A DNA stretch of 64,000 nt from Thermoproteota archaeon (GCA_049700215.1 JBNAVT010000001.1:17744-81743); one strand, 5' to 3'; shown: positions 17,749 through 27,664, counted from the first letter of the stretch. The notes: generated by a model not told the origin, from the letters alone. A program made the numbers and translations.

Positions 17749-18201
17749 GAGCAGCGGTTTCACAATAGGTTTGGCGCGCCTATAGTAGGGAACCTTCGCG
17801 CGCTGCTTCCAAGACTGTTAGGCAGCCTTACAGAGCCATTCCCCTTCCTGAGGAAGCCTGATGCTTAGGAACCTTGCTAGGCTCTGGAGAAGGTTCTCAG
17901 GCATGTCCCTCGACTACAGGGATTACGTTAAATGGGTTGACAGGGGTGGTGTCGCACTGGCGGGCTTCCCCACCGGGATTAGGACAGTAAGGGTCTATGA
18001 GCATCCCAAGTCGAATAAATGGCGCGCGCGCTCATGGGCTTCACCAGTGCAGTGAGGTTCTCCATCCCCAAGGACATATATGCTGAGAGGTTTGCGAGGC
18101 TCACCGATGCGCTGATGAGGCTCGCGGAATACTCTAACGTTGGTGGCAATAGGACAGCTGGCTTCGGAGTCGTAAAGTATCTCCCTAAAAACACTTACTA
18201 G
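17749..18201 (+). pseudogene. Cas6-like RAMP endoribonuclease, 5'-truncated and frameshifted remnant
   Basis: Three frames concatenate to ...LTEPFPFLRKPD/MLRNLARLWRRFSG...GIRTVRVYEHPKSNKW/ARALMGFTSAVRFSIPKDIYAERFARLTDALMRLAEYSNVGGNRTAGFGVVKYL. The tail shows the Cas6 glycine-rich motif. The N-terminal half is missing because porB ends at 17747. Confidence 0.45.
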
Positions 18202-18382
18202 CACACTAGTATACGAGTTTCAACACGGATGACTTGAACAAGGGAGCAACGTTATTCGGAGTTTAATTTTTCAAATCGATTCGCATGGGTGCTTAAAAAC
18301 TTCTCGATTCACGTTTAGCGGGATGAAAATATGCTGTTATTCGAAAAACTTATTTAAAACCTTAACCCTTATTAATCCAGCT

Positions 18383-19201
18383 ATGAGTAAGCATATTCGG
18401 CTTGTTTTAACCATAGCCTTACTATCAACCGTCCCCTCAAGCCCTCTCAAGGCTTACGCTTCCCCCTTCGAGCTTGCTTACGATGATGGTGACTTCGACT
18501 ATGCTTGGAGCGATTTCTACCCTAATGGCGCGGGGGTCAGGTTTACTCCGCCAGCACTACCATGGAGGATAACCAGCGTTTTGCTCTACGGCCTGGCTTT
18601 GGAGAGGGGTGGAAACATGCTTTTCACCCTCGAGGTAAGGGACCAGTTTTTCGGCCTAGTCTACGTGACTCAGTATGCCACCCTCCAGTTCTTTGAGAAC
18701 GGCACGTTCAGCTGGGCCAGGATTCCCCTTCCAAACATTACTCTTAACAGCGAATTCTACGTGTGCATCTACCCATGCTTCTCCCTCGACGCGACTCAGC
18801 TCTGGATAGGCGTTGACGAGGATCCCCCAATAAGCAACAGGAGCCTCCTCGTGGACAGGGAGAATGATAGGATAGTCAAAGCATGGGATATTGGCAGCGG
18901 CAGGCCTAGGAACTTCATGATAAGGGTCGAGGTGGAAGGAGAAGCCAAGCACCTGATGGTCGACGCTCCCGGAGTATTAAAGGGCTTTGATGTGGAGAAT
19001 ATTGTTTTCAAAAGGCCTAAGGGCGATATTGTGAACCTGGTCGTGGCGTTTAAGAGCGGCGACGCAATCGGCTTCAGGCTGAGCCTGGGGGAAGACGGTA
19101 AGTCGGTGAAGATTACTCCGATGGTCGCTCGGGGAGAAGGCAACTACGACGAGATACTTAGCTTAGAGTATAAGTCGGAGGTGGGACTTCGATCCTGTTG
19201 A
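18383..19201 (+). CDS. secreted hypothetical protein
   Basis: Signal peptide MSKHIRLVLTIALLSTVPSSPLKAYA, then LAYDDGDFDYAW...GVRFTP beta-rich domain. No family assigned. Confidence 0.55.
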   Translation: MSKHIRLVLTIALLSTVPSSPLKAYASPFELAYDDGDFDYAWSDFYPNGAGVRFTPPALPWRITSVLLYGLALERGGNMLFTLEVRDQFFGLVYVTQYATLQFFENGTFSWARIPLPNITLNSEFYVCIYPCFSLDATQLWIGVDEDPPISNRSLLVDRENDRIVKAWDIGSGRPRNFMIRVEVEGEAKHLMVDAPGVLKGFDVENIVFKRPKGDIVNLVVAFKSGDAIGFRLSLGEDGKSVKITPMVARGEGNYDEILSLEYKSEVGLRSC

Positions 19202-19226
19202 CCGTGTTCCGGATATAACTTTGAAG

Positions 19227-19240
19227 AAGCGCGCGCGCTT
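19227..19240. repeat. perfect 14-nt palindrome aagcgcgcgcgctt
   Basis: Contains (GC)5. Starts 25 nt after the stop of the 18383..19201 ORF. Confidence 0.6.
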
Positions 19241-19597
19241 AGAAGTGCGGATCCCAACAATAAAAAATTGGGACATGTGGTTTCGCCGAGCAGCTGAAGA
19301 GGTTTTCTAGGGTTAGGCTTCTCGTCGAATCAAGCTGTGGGCGACGTGCGCTGCCAGTTCGACTAGTAACGGGCGTACAGAGCCTTCGGTTTCTAAGTTT
19401 GCAAAGCTGTTTTAAAAATAATGCAAAGAGTTTTTCAAAATGGTTAAGCATGGCGCGGTATCAGGCCTCCTCTGCTCGAGCTCATTATCCAACGTATCAT
19501 GTTCACCGACACGACTACTGTAAACACTGTTTTCCTGCAACGCGGAGCGTTAGAAATGACTTGTCTATCGAGGGCTGGAAGCATGCGGATTCCGGTT

Positions 19598-20386
19598 TCA
19601 ATAGAAGTATTCCGGCGGTTCCCTTCTCCAGGTTGATTCCTGTTGTCGGGTTGCCTCCTCCATCAGTCTGTCGAAATCTCTGCTAGCTATTTCGATATCC
19701 TCCAGGTCAATATCGATCTTCAGCATTTCAGCCAGTTTCTCAAGCATGGTGTAAATGCTTCTGGGATAAACACTGGCGGAAGGGGGGGCTTGCCCCCATA
19801 GGCTTATCACGTCAATGCCTCTTTTTTGACACGCGAGAACTAAGAGCGAGTGTATGCCTACTGGTGCAGGCTGTCGGCTGCTCCCATATGTCACGTATCC
19901 TATTCCATACTCTTTCAACTCGTCTTTCAACTTCGGGTCTCCAACTACTGCCTCCACCGGCTGTTCTCCCATGGCTGAAATCTCCGGACTCATGACTCCG
20001 CCAATTACGTATATCCTCCTAACTTTGTAAAAGCTTGCTAAATCAATAATCGCCTCCACGTATTCGTTGGGTCTGAAATTAGGCTCGTCGGCAAGCAAGA
20101 ATATTAAATCACTACCCCTAGTATTCTTATGGTAAAATAATTCCGTGGAGGACCATTCTATCTTTCTTATAATACCCTCCTCAATCCATCCTAATGGCCG
20201 AGAGTTTTGAAGGATGTAAAAATCGTAGGGAATCATCTCGCCGAATCTCCTTGCTCCCAATTTCCTTATCAAGTAGCCCACGCTTCCGCTTGAAATTCTT
20301 CCAGCATCCGCCCATCCCCTGAACCCTAGTACGAGCAGAGGATCTTTAAGCTCAGGCTCCTCGTAAATAATGAATCTCCCCTTCAT
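19598..20386 (-). CDS. PAC2-family proteasome assembly chaperone-like protein
   Basis: N-terminus LKDPLLVLGFRGWADAGRISSG and overall length and pattern resemble archaeal PAC2/PbaA-like proteins. Aromatic C-terminus ...EYFY. Confidence 0.55.
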   Translation of the reverse strand: MKGRFIIYEEPELKDPLLVLGFRGWADAGRISSGSVGYLIRKLGARRFGEMIPYDFYILQNSRPLGWIEEGIIRKIEWSSTELFYHKNTRGSDLIFLLADEPNFRPNEYVEAIIDLASFYKVRRIYVIGGVMSPEISAMGEQPVEAVVGDPKLKDELKEYGIGYVTYGSSRQPAPVGIHSLLVLACQKRGIDVISLWGQAPPSASVYPRSIYTMLEKLAEMLKIDIDLEDIEIASRDFDRLMEEATRQQESTWRREPPEYFY

Positions 20387-20566
20387 CCGCTCGGTTTAAA
20401 ACTTGATTGCAGGATTTAAATCTACTGTAACCGGAATACTGGATTTTCTGGCCGCTACCGGGGCTCATCCTTCTCCAGGGACCTTGAGAAGAGGTTGAGG
20501 GTGTGTTGATAAAAAATAAAAACATATAACCGTAAAATTTATATATTCCGAGAGGTTTGTGCCCAC

Positions 20567-20812
20567 ATGGTTAAAACAACGATAATTCTGGACGATGAGC
20601 TTTACAAGAAGCTTGTTCAAGAAGCCTTGGAGAAGTATGGGACGACGAAAAAGCTTTCTAAACTCATAAACGAGAAGTTGAGGGGTGAGGATGTTTGGAA
20701 AGCGCATAGAAAGGAGAGGCTTAGGATAAGGCTTGGGAAGGATCTTAAACGGGAGGATATTGAGAGGCTTATTGAAGACGGTTGGAGGGAGATAGTGAAA
20801 TGGAGGCCGTGA
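20567..20812 (+). CDS. vapB: VapB-like antitoxin
   Basis: VKTTIILDDELYKKLVQEA N-terminus. Overlaps the downstream PIN gene. A TATA-like aatttatata lies about 20 nt upstream. Confidence 0.6.
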   Translation: MVKTTIILDDELYKKLVQEALEKYGTTKKLSKLINEKLRGEDVWKAHRKERLRIRLGKDLKREDIERLIEDGWREIVKWRP

Positions 20813-21186
20813 TTGATACGAACGTACTGGTCTACGATACTTTCGAAGACTCTGTCTATCATAAGGATGCGGAGAGCAGGCTCTCTAATCTTAGGAAATG
20901 GGTTATTCCAACAGTTGTACTTGAAGAGTTCGTGATTGTTTTACTTCAACTTAAGATAGAAAGGAGCTTCATCAGGGAGAAATTGCTGGAGCTTCTTGAG
21001 GACGATAGGGTGGAAGTAGTCCCGCTTTCTAGACAAAACTTTCTAGACTCTGTTGGCATGATTTCGAGGGAGAACGTTTCTTTTAAAAGGTTAAACGACA
21101 AGCTTATAGTTTCTGTCGCTAAAGCAAGAAGACTACCGGTCTTAACGTACGATAAAGAGCTTAAGAAGGAGCGTCAAGCATCGTAA
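20800..21186 (+). CDS. vapC: VapC PIN-domain toxin
   Basis: MEAVIDTNVLVY..., VLEEF, LNDKLIV acidic PIN residues. Confidence 0.75.
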   Translation: MEAVIDTNVLVYDTFEDSVYHKDAESRLSNLRKWVIPTVVLEEFVIVLLQLKIERSFIREKLLELLEDDRVEVVPLSRQNFLDSVGMISRENVSFKRLNDKLIVSVAKARRLPVLTYDKELKKERQAS

Positions 21187-21526
21187 AAACTCATGGTCTT
21201 TCCCAAGTATGCAGCATCTGTTGAGCCCTTGGTTCTCCTTGTCTGGAGCCCTCCATAGAGCAACGCTTTCTCTGAAACCCTATGACTAAAGGCTTAAGAC
21301 TGGTTTTCAACTCTGATCTGTCGGAAAAGCACTGGGATAATCTTCCTAAGTATCTAGCCTCTTCCAAGTCTTAAAGCCGGTCTCCAGCATGCAACCAGCC
21401 TGAATTGTTTTAGCACGAATGGGCAGCGTTAGGCAGTAAGTTTTAGTAAAACAGGATTTCCATAACCAGAGTAAAGAGTTTGAAAAATCTTTAAAGCTAC
21501 AGGCTGTTCAAAAGCAAGTTTGAGAA

Positions 21527-22636
21527 ATGGTTGTATACAGCGATAAGTTTCTGGCTCTGATGGGGGGTCGTTTCGGCAGGCCTAGGCGTGTTCCGCACTG
21601 GGAACACTGGTCCTGCCCGGATGCTGAAACATACATTACTGGTATCGAATACTACGAGCATCCTAGACTCTGCAGGTTGAAGATGGCTGAGCTCTACCCG
21701 CAGCTGGAGCTACCGGTTCCAGAGAGTGACAGGCCTATTCCCCGTCCGGAGAGCTTGATGAACAGTGGAGACTTGTATGTTGACGAGTGTGGCCGTAGGC
21801 ATGTCCGCTGGGGAGATTCGCTCACCAGCCATTGGAACTGGGGGAGAGTTGTTCAAGACGCCGGAGGACGTTTTCGCCTTCTCGCCGTTGAGCCAGGGAG
21901 ACTTCACTAATATTCCTGTGGTGGAGTCCCGCGACTACCGTGACGAGGAGAAGCTTTACCGCGAGTATCGCGCCCGCTACCCGGCCGAGTGGGGCGACAG
22001 CGCACCCGAGGGCTCAACAGCCTCTGTTTCTTCAACACGATGTTCATGTGGCCACTTCTCACCTTCGGCTGGAGGCTGTTTCTGAGAACCTGCTTAGATA
22101 AGCGTTTCGAAAGGATAATGGACGAGTTTGCTGAGATCAATAGGCGTGTCTTCCGTGTTTTCGCAAGGCTACCCGTTAACTTCGTGGTTTGCCACGATGA
22201 TATTGCTACTTCCCGTGGGCCCGTTCTTTCACCGGCTTGGATGCGGAAACTGGTTTTTCCACGCTATAGAGAGTTCTGGGGGATTCTGAGAGACGCTGGG
22301 AAGACTGTTATCTTCATGTCAGACGGGTGTTTGGATGTTTTTGCAGACGATGTTCTCGCATGCGGTGCTCAGGGAATTATAACTGAGCCCCATACGAACA
22401 TTCAGGCAATAGCGCGTAGTCATCCGGATGTTTTCCTGGCTGGCGAGGGTGATTGCCGTATACTCCTGCGTAGCGACCCGGTTGAGATTGAAAACATGGT
22501 TAGGAGAATGGTGGAGACCGCTAAAACAGCAGGGGGTTACGCCTTCTGCGTTGGGAACCATATTCCCTGGAATACGCCTCCGCAGGCTGTTAAACTCTAT
22601 CTGGATCTCTGCGCTGAGCTTGGGCATCTGGACTAG
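21527..22636 (+). pseudogene. uroporphyrinogen-decarboxylase (URO-D)-family gene with two frameshifts
   Basis: Three overlapping ORFs in frames 2, 0 and 2 read as one URO-D-like protein (VVCHDDIATSRGPVLSPAWMRK...VIFMSDGC...GGYAFCVGNHIP). The first shift is at the G5 run 21840..21844, the second near 22010-22020. Confidence 0.6.
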
Positions 22637-22787
22637 TTTTTCCAAGCCTCTTTAAAGGCCTTTTGACAAGGGTTATTCCCCACGCCGGACTGAGGCTGCT
22701 CACGCTTTTCAGCGCTCTTTTCCAGCGCGCGTAGACCAGGGTTGAGGGGAAAGGGTTATATAGCCTTGCTCGTTAAAACGGTTAAGG

Positions 22788-23198
22788 ATGTCTACTGTCC
22801 AAACCTACCGGGGCAGGACCTTGGAGGAGCTGAACAGTCTTTCGATGAACGAGTTGATGAAGCTCCTTCCAGCCAGGATTAGGAGGAGTCTCAGAAGGGG
22901 GCTACATCCTGAGACTCGGAAGCTTCTTGAGACTGTTAGGAGGGTTAAGGCTGAGATGGCTCAGACTGGGGTTCAGCCTAAGAGGATAAGGACGCATAGA
23001 AGGGATATGCCTATTCTCCCCGAGATGGTTGGATTAACCATTGAGGTTCACAACGGTAAGGACTTCATACCTGTTGAAATCACTCTGGATAAGGTTGGCC
23101 ACTATCTAGGCGAGTTCGCAATAACCAACAAGAGGGTTGTTCACGGTAAGCCTGGAGTCGGAGCGAGCAAGGCTTCTACTTACGTGCCTTTGAAGTAA
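22788..23198 (+). CDS. rps19: 30S ribosomal protein uS19
   Basis: [11 protein letters not shown]...GHYLGEFA. Confidence 0.95.
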   Translation: MSTVQTYRGRTLEELNSLSMNELMKLLPARIRRSLRRGLHPETRKLLETVRRVKAEMAQTGVQPKRIRTHRRDMPILPEMVGLTIEVHNGKDFIPVEITLDKVGHYLGEFAITNKRVVHGKPGVGASKASTYVPLK

Positions 23199-23231
23199 GG
23201 AAAAATAAAAAGATTGGGGAAAGTATTGGGC

Positions 23232-23462
23232 TTACTGCTTCTTAGGCTGCTCCTTCCAAACGTATGTTATCCTGTCGTCAATCACTAGGTATTCTCCACT
23301 GTCCTTGACTGAGACCATGGGTTTCTTCAATATTGTAGCTATCTTTCTAAGTCCTTCAAGCGACTTAACGTGTGCAACATATCCTTCAGGAGTTCTCTCA
23401 AGCTTGTCCACGTTCACTGCTCTGCGTATGCTGGGCTCGGCTTCAGCCGCCTCCTTGCTCAT
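23232..23462 (-). CDS. hypothetical 76-aa protein, antisense to the r-protein operon
   Basis: Clean ATG ORF with a TATA-like ttaaat about 30 nt upstream on the minus strand. No Cys and no recognised family. Confidence 0.45.
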   Translation of the reverse strand: MSKEAAEAEPSIRRAVNVDKLERTPEGYVAHVKSLEGLRKIATILKKPMVSVKDSGEYLVIDDRITYVWKEQPKKQ

Positions 23463-23567
23463 TTTCTATCGCTAAAGCTACTTTAGCCTAGGATTTAAGC
23501 ATTGCCTATAACGGGCAAAATATTTAATAGTTGGCACATATTCCTCTCCTGCTCCCGCGAGCCAAAG

Positions 23568-24044
23568 GTGTCGGGTTTGCCAAGCTTCAAATACAGTCTG
23601 GTGGAGGTGGATAGGGCCCGTTCGGCTAAGGCCAGTCTCAGAGAGGTTAGAGTGTCTCCTAAACACTCGGTTGAGCTAGCCCGGTTTATAAAGGGTTTAA
23701 GGATACCTGAGGCTAGAGAGAGGCTGGAGGCGGTTGCGGAGAAAAGGCTCCCCGTCCCCTTTAAAAGGTACAGGAAGAAGGTTCCGCACAGGCGGGGGGT
23801 TTTAAAGACAGGCTCCGGGAGGTATCCTGTTAAGGCAGCCAGGTTCTTCCTGAGACTGCTGTCGCAGCTTGAGGCTAATGCTGAGTTTAAAGGATTGTCT
23901 CCAGACAGTATGAGGATAACCGGTGTCGTTGTCCACTGCGGCAGGAAGCTGAAAAGGTATACGCCCAGGGCCTTTGGAAGGGCTACGCCAAGGTTTGAAA
24001 CCCTTGTTCACGTTGAGGCCCTGGCTGTTGAGGAGGCTGGTTGA
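23568..24044 (+). CDS. rpl22: 50S ribosomal protein uL22
   Basis: AKASLREVRVSPKHSVELARFIKG. GTG at 23568 chosen. Confidence 0.9.
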   Translation: MSGLPSFKYSLVEVDRARSAKASLREVRVSPKHSVELARFIKGLRIPEARERLEAVAEKRLPVPFKRYRKKVPHRRGVLKTGSGRYPVKAARFFLRLLSQLEANAEFKGLSPDSMRITGVVVHCGRKLKRYTPRAFGRATPRFETLVHVEALAVEEAG

Positions 24045-24045
24045 C

Positions 24046-24693
24046 ATGTCGGCTAGGAGAAAAGTTATTTTCTACAAGAGGGTTCTCGAGTTCGGGAAGC
24101 TCCACCAGAAGATCGACGATTTCCTAAGGGAGTACTTGAAGGAGGCTGGTTACAATGGTGTCAGACTGATGAACATCCCGATGGGCCTAGTGGTCACGAT
24201 ATACACTAGTAAGCCGGGGTCTGTTATAGGTCCGGATGGGAGGAGCATAAGGGAGCTTCAGAATGCTCTCCAGAAAAAGTTTGGGCTTGAGAATCCTCAG
24301 GTTAACGTGGCTGAGGTTGAGAACCCTGATCTTGAGCCTCAGCTTGTTGCGCAAATGATATGCAGGGCTCTGGAGCGGGGTGTTAAATATCGTAGGGCAG
24401 CCAGGGTTGCTCTACGAAGGATTGTCGCAGCCGGGGCCGTGGGGTGTGAGATAAGGATAGCTGGTAAGCTGGCGACTGACAGAAGCAGGTTTGAAAAGTT
24501 TACGTACGGCTATATGCCTGCAGCCGGGGACCCGGCTATGAAGCATGTTAAAATCGGGAAGGCGAGCGTGCTGCTGCCGCAGGGCCTGATAGGGGTCAAG
24601 GTTAAGATTCTCCGTAAAGCATCCTTCCCAGACGAGGTTCAGATAATAGAGGCTCAGAAGGAGGCTGTTGAGGTTGGCGAGGCTAAAGGCTAG
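24046..24693 (+). CDS. rps3: 30S ribosomal protein uS3
   Basis: KH-domain GSVIGPDGRSIRELQ. The ATG follows the uL22 stop by 1 nt. Confidence 0.95.
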   Translation: MSARRKVIFYKRVLEFGKLHQKIDDFLREYLKEAGYNGVRLMNIPMGLVVTIYTSKPGSVIGPDGRSIRELQNALQKKFGLENPQVNVAEVENPDLEPQLVAQMICRALERGVKYRRAARVALRRIVAAGAVGCEIRIAGKLATDRSRFEKFTYGYMPAAGDPAMKHVKIGKASVLLPQGLIGVKVKILRKASFPDEVQIIEAQKEAVEVGEAKG

Positions 24694-24874
24694 TGAAATA
24701 AGATCGATGCCTAGAGAGGAGAGGCTTAAGAGGCTTCGGGAGCTTAGGAGCGAGCTTATGATGGCGAGGATGAGGGCTGCCTCAGGGCTGGAGGAGAACA
24801 CTAAGATGGTTAGAGAGCTAAAACGCGCGATCGCAAGAATACTTACCGTCGAGAAGGAGGAGGATGGTAAGTGA
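24668..24874 (+). CDS. rpl29: 50S ribosomal protein uL29
   Basis: SEIRSMPREERLKRLRELRSEL. Confidence 0.9.
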   Translation: MRLARLKASEIRSMPREERLKRLRELRSELMMARMRAASGLEENTKMVRELKRAIARILTVEKEEDGK

Positions 24875-25140
24875 GGACCCCGAGTAACCTTGCGTACCAT
24901 GAGCTGAATGGTCTGCAGGTTAGGGTTGTGAATTCGAGTAGCGGCTTCACTATTGCTTCAGGCAGGGTTGTCTGGGAGACGAAGAACACTTTCACCATAC
25001 TGTCTGAGAAAGGCAGGCGTCTAAAAATACCTAAGCATGGTAACAGGTTCATTTTCAAACTTGGCGCTGCGGAAGTAGCCATTAACGGGGGCTCGATTGC
25101 TTTCAGGCCTGAGGACAGGACTGGGAGGGTTGACCCGTGA
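24871..25140 (+). CDS. rnp1: RNase P protein component 1 (Rpp29/Pop4)
   Basis: LNGLQVRVVNSS...GRVVWETKNTF...RPEDR, in the conserved position between uL29 and uS17. Confidence 0.85.
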   Translation: MRTPSNLAYHELNGLQVRVVNSSSGFTIASGRVVWETKNTFTILSEKGRRLKIPKHGNRFIFKLGAAEVAINGGSIAFRPEDRTGRVDP

Positions 25141-25460
25141 GCTTTCTTAAGGATCTTAGCATTTCTCCCCCGGAAGCCGGGTGCAGCGACAAGAAGTGTC
25201 CGTTCCACGGCGACGTGAAGATTAGGGGGAGTGTTTTCGAGGGGGTTGTCGTCTCAGACAGAATGAGGAACACTGTGATCGTTATGAGAGAATACCTGCA
25301 GTATGTTCCGAAGTATAAGCGTTACATGAGGAAGAGGAGCAGAATACCTTCTCACAACCCTCCCTGCGTCTCCGCCAGGACGGGGGATAGAGTTATAATA
25401 GGTGAAAGCAGGCCTTTAAGCAAGACGGTGCACTTCGTCGTGCTGGGGAAGGTGAAGTAG
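25137..25460 (+). CDS. rps17: 30S ribosomal protein uS17
   Basis: CPFHGDVKIRG...VVSDRM...SKTVHFVV. Confidence 0.95.
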   Translation: MSFLKDLSISPPEAGCSDKKCPFHGDVKIRGSVFEGVVVSDRMRNTVIVMREYLQYVPKYKRYMRKRSRIPSHNPPCVSARTGDRVIIGESRPLSKTVHFVVLGKVK

Positions 25461-25461
25461 C

Positions 25462-25899
25462 ATGGCTGTGAAGAAATCCAGAGCGGTTTCCGCGAGAGGC
25501 ATCTTAGAGTATAGGCTGAGGGGCTCCAGGGGTCTCCCAGTCGGAGCAAACCTTGTCTGCGCGGACAATTCTGGGGCTAAGCTCCTCAGGATTGTTCAGG
25601 TGGCTAAGTCCGGGGGACGGCTTAGGCGTCTACCTTCAGCCAAGGTCGGCGACCTGGTTACGGTTTCTGTTAAAAAGGGTACTCCCGACCTTAAGAACAA
25701 GCTTATGAAAGCGATAATAGTTAGGCAGCGTTTCCCCATAAGGAGGAGGGATGGTTTAAGAGTTGTTTTCGAGGATAATGCGGCTGTGCTTATGACGCCT
25801 GAAGGAGACTTGAAGGGTACTGAGGTTAAGGGACCGGTTGCCAAGGAGGCTGTAGACCTGTGGCCTAAGCTTTCAGCACTAGCTTCATCGGTGGTGTAG
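25462..25899 (+). CDS. rpl14: 50S ribosomal protein uL14
   Basis: VCADNSGAK motif. Confidence 0.95.
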   Translation: MAVKKSRAVSARGILEYRLRGSRGLPVGANLVCADNSGAKLLRIVQVAKSGGRLRRLPSAKVGDLVTVSVKKGTPDLKNKLMKAIIVRQRFPIRRRDGLRVVFEDNAAVLMTPEGDLKGTEVKGPVAKEAVDLWPKLSALASSVV

Positions 25900-25907
25900 G
25901 TGGGAGA

Positions 25908-26255
25908 ATGAACGAGAGACATTTAGCATACAGGGCTTCCTCCGTCCATCTGAGCCGTGAACTCAGGGGCAAGTATGGTTTTAGAAGCCTGCCTGTTAGA
26001 GCCGGGGACAGGGTCATGATAATCAGGGGAGACTATAAGGGTGTTGAGGGTGATGTGAACAGGGTTGACAGGGTAAGGGGCCGTGTTTACGTTTCAGGAG
26101 TCTACCGTGAGAATGCTCGCGGCGAGCAGCGCTTAATACCCATACCGTTAAGCTCTGTGATACTTGTTAAGATTGAGGATAAGGACAAGTGGAGGCAGCG
26201 CTTGATAGAGAGGAAGCGTGGGGCCGTTAAGGAGGCTTCGCAAAATGGCTCGTAA
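25908..26255 (+). CDS. rpl24: 50S ribosomal protein uL24
   Basis: KOW motif VRAGDRVMIIRGDYKGVEGDV. Confidence 0.95.
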   Translation: MNERHLAYRASSVHLSRELRGKYGFRSLPVRAGDRVMIIRGDYKGVEGDVNRVDRVRGRVYVSGVYRENARGEQRLIPIPLSSVILVKIEDKDKWRQRLIERKRGAVKEASQNGS

Positions 26256-26967
26256 AGGCGGTTCTAAGAGTCTAAAGAGGTATGCTGCACCATCCGTAAT
26301 GCAGGTTTCAAGCGTTAAGGAGAGGAAGTTCATCACCCGGCCCCAGCCCGGTCCGCACAGCCTCAAAATGTCCCTGCCGTTACAGGTTCTCGTCAGAGAC
26401 ATTTTGAAAATGGCTGAAACTGGTAGGGAGGCGAAATACGTGATAAGCCACTCAATGGTTCTCGTAGACGGGGTTGTTAGGACTTCCCACAGGTTTCCAG
26501 TAGGCTTAATGGATGTTGTAAGCATGAAGGAGCTTGGCAAACACTACCGGGTTCTAGTGGACAAAAAGGGTAGGCTCATCCCGGTTGAAATACCGCCGGA
26601 GGAGGCTTCCATGAAAATATGCAGGATAAACAGGAAATACCTTTACAAGGGTAGGCTGAGACTCGCTACTGAGGATGGGAGAACATTTGAAACAGACGAC
26701 TCGTCTCTGAACGTAGGGGGCTCGCTCCTAGTTAGGGTTCCGGAGGGCGCTATCCTAGACAAGGCGCCTCTCTCCGAGGGGAGCCTCGCATACGTGTTCA
26801 TGGGTAAGCATACTGGCACCATGGGTACTGTTAGAAGAATCTCTGGGTCGAGCCTAGTTAGAGAGAGCATTGTTACGCTGGGGCTTGAAGACGGGAGTGA
26901 GGTAAACACGGTCAGGGACTACGTTATTATCGTTGGGAGGGATAAGCCTTGGCTGAAACTGTTCTAG
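26245..26967 (+). CDS. rps4e: 30S ribosomal protein eS4
   Basis: MARKGGSKSLKRYAAP start and S4e body. Confidence 0.95.
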   Translation: MARKGGSKSLKRYAAPSVMQVSSVKERKFITRPQPGPHSLKMSLPLQVLVRDILKMAETGREAKYVISHSMVLVDGVVRTSHRFPVGLMDVVSMKELGKHYRVLVDKKGRLIPVEIPPEEASMKICRINRKYLYKGRLRLATEDGRTFETDDSSLNVGGSLLVRVPEGAILDKAPLSEGSLAYVFMGKHTGTMGTVRRISGSSLVRESIVTLGLEDGSEVNTVRDYVIIVGRDKPWLKLF

Positions 26968-27488
26968 ACGAGAGGAAAGCACAGGAGAATCCTATGAGGA
27001 GGATAATGATCGAGAAGGTTGTTGTTAACATTTCCCCCGGGAAGCCGGGTGAGCCCCTTGAGAAGGCTAAGCAAGTTTTAACACTTCTAACCGGCATGAA
27101 GCCTGTTGAAAGAAGGGCTAGGAAAACAATAAAGGAGTTCGGCGTAAGGAGGCGTGAAGCCATAGCTGCAATAGTGACTCTAAGGGGCAGGAAGGCTGAG
27201 GAGTTCCTCGAGAAGGCTTTCACCGCCGTCGGCAGGAGGGTTAAGGCTTCCAGCTTTCAGAACGGGGTCTTCAGCTTCGGCGTGAAGGAGCATATTCAGT
27301 TTCCAGGGGTTAAGTATGATCCTAAGATCGGTGTACTGGGCATGGATGTCTGCGTTAAGCTTTGCAGGCCAGGGTTCCGCGTGACGTATAGGAGGCGCCG
27401 GAGGAGCAGGGTGGGCAGGGCTCACAGGATAACAAGGGAGGAGACGATTAACTTTATGAGGGAGCGTTTTGGGCTGGAGGTTGTCTGA
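26949..27488 (+). CDS. rpl5: 50S ribosomal protein uL5
   Basis: [11 protein letters not shown]...; start uncertain. Confidence 0.9.
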   Translation: MAETVLDERKAQENPMRRIMIEKVVVNISPGKPGEPLEKAKQVLTLLTGMKPVERRARKTIKEFGVRRREAIAAIVTLRGRKAEEFLEKAFTAVGRRVKASSFQNGVFSFGVKEHIQFPGVKYDPKIGVLGMDVCVKLCRPGFRVTYRRRRRSRVGRAHRITREETINFMRERFGLEVV

Positions 27489-27490
27489 AA

Positions 27491-27652
27491 ATGGCTCGGC
27501 AAACCCCTAAGAAGAGGACTTTCGGCAAGGGTTCTAGACCCTGCGTGAGGTGCGGCGCATACGGGCCGGTAATCAGACAGTACGGCCTGAACTATTGTAG
27601 ACACTGCTTCAGGGAGGTTGCTCCACTACTGGGCTTCAGGAAGTATAATTAG
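27491..27652 (+). CDS. rps14: 30S ribosomal protein uS14 (zinc type)
   Basis: 53-aa ORF below the track cutoff: [53 protein letters not shown]. Confidence 0.9.
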   Translation: MARQTPKKRTFGKGSRPCVRCGAYGPVIRQYGLNYCRHCFREVAPLLGFRKYN

Positions 27653-27664
27653 GGTGTTGCGCGA

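Noticed and set aside
18202-19597. CRISPR array next to the Cas6-like remnant.
   Set aside because: Reading both strands, I found no regularly spaced 24-37-nt direct repeats. The region holds a secreted-protein gene and unique spacer DNA.
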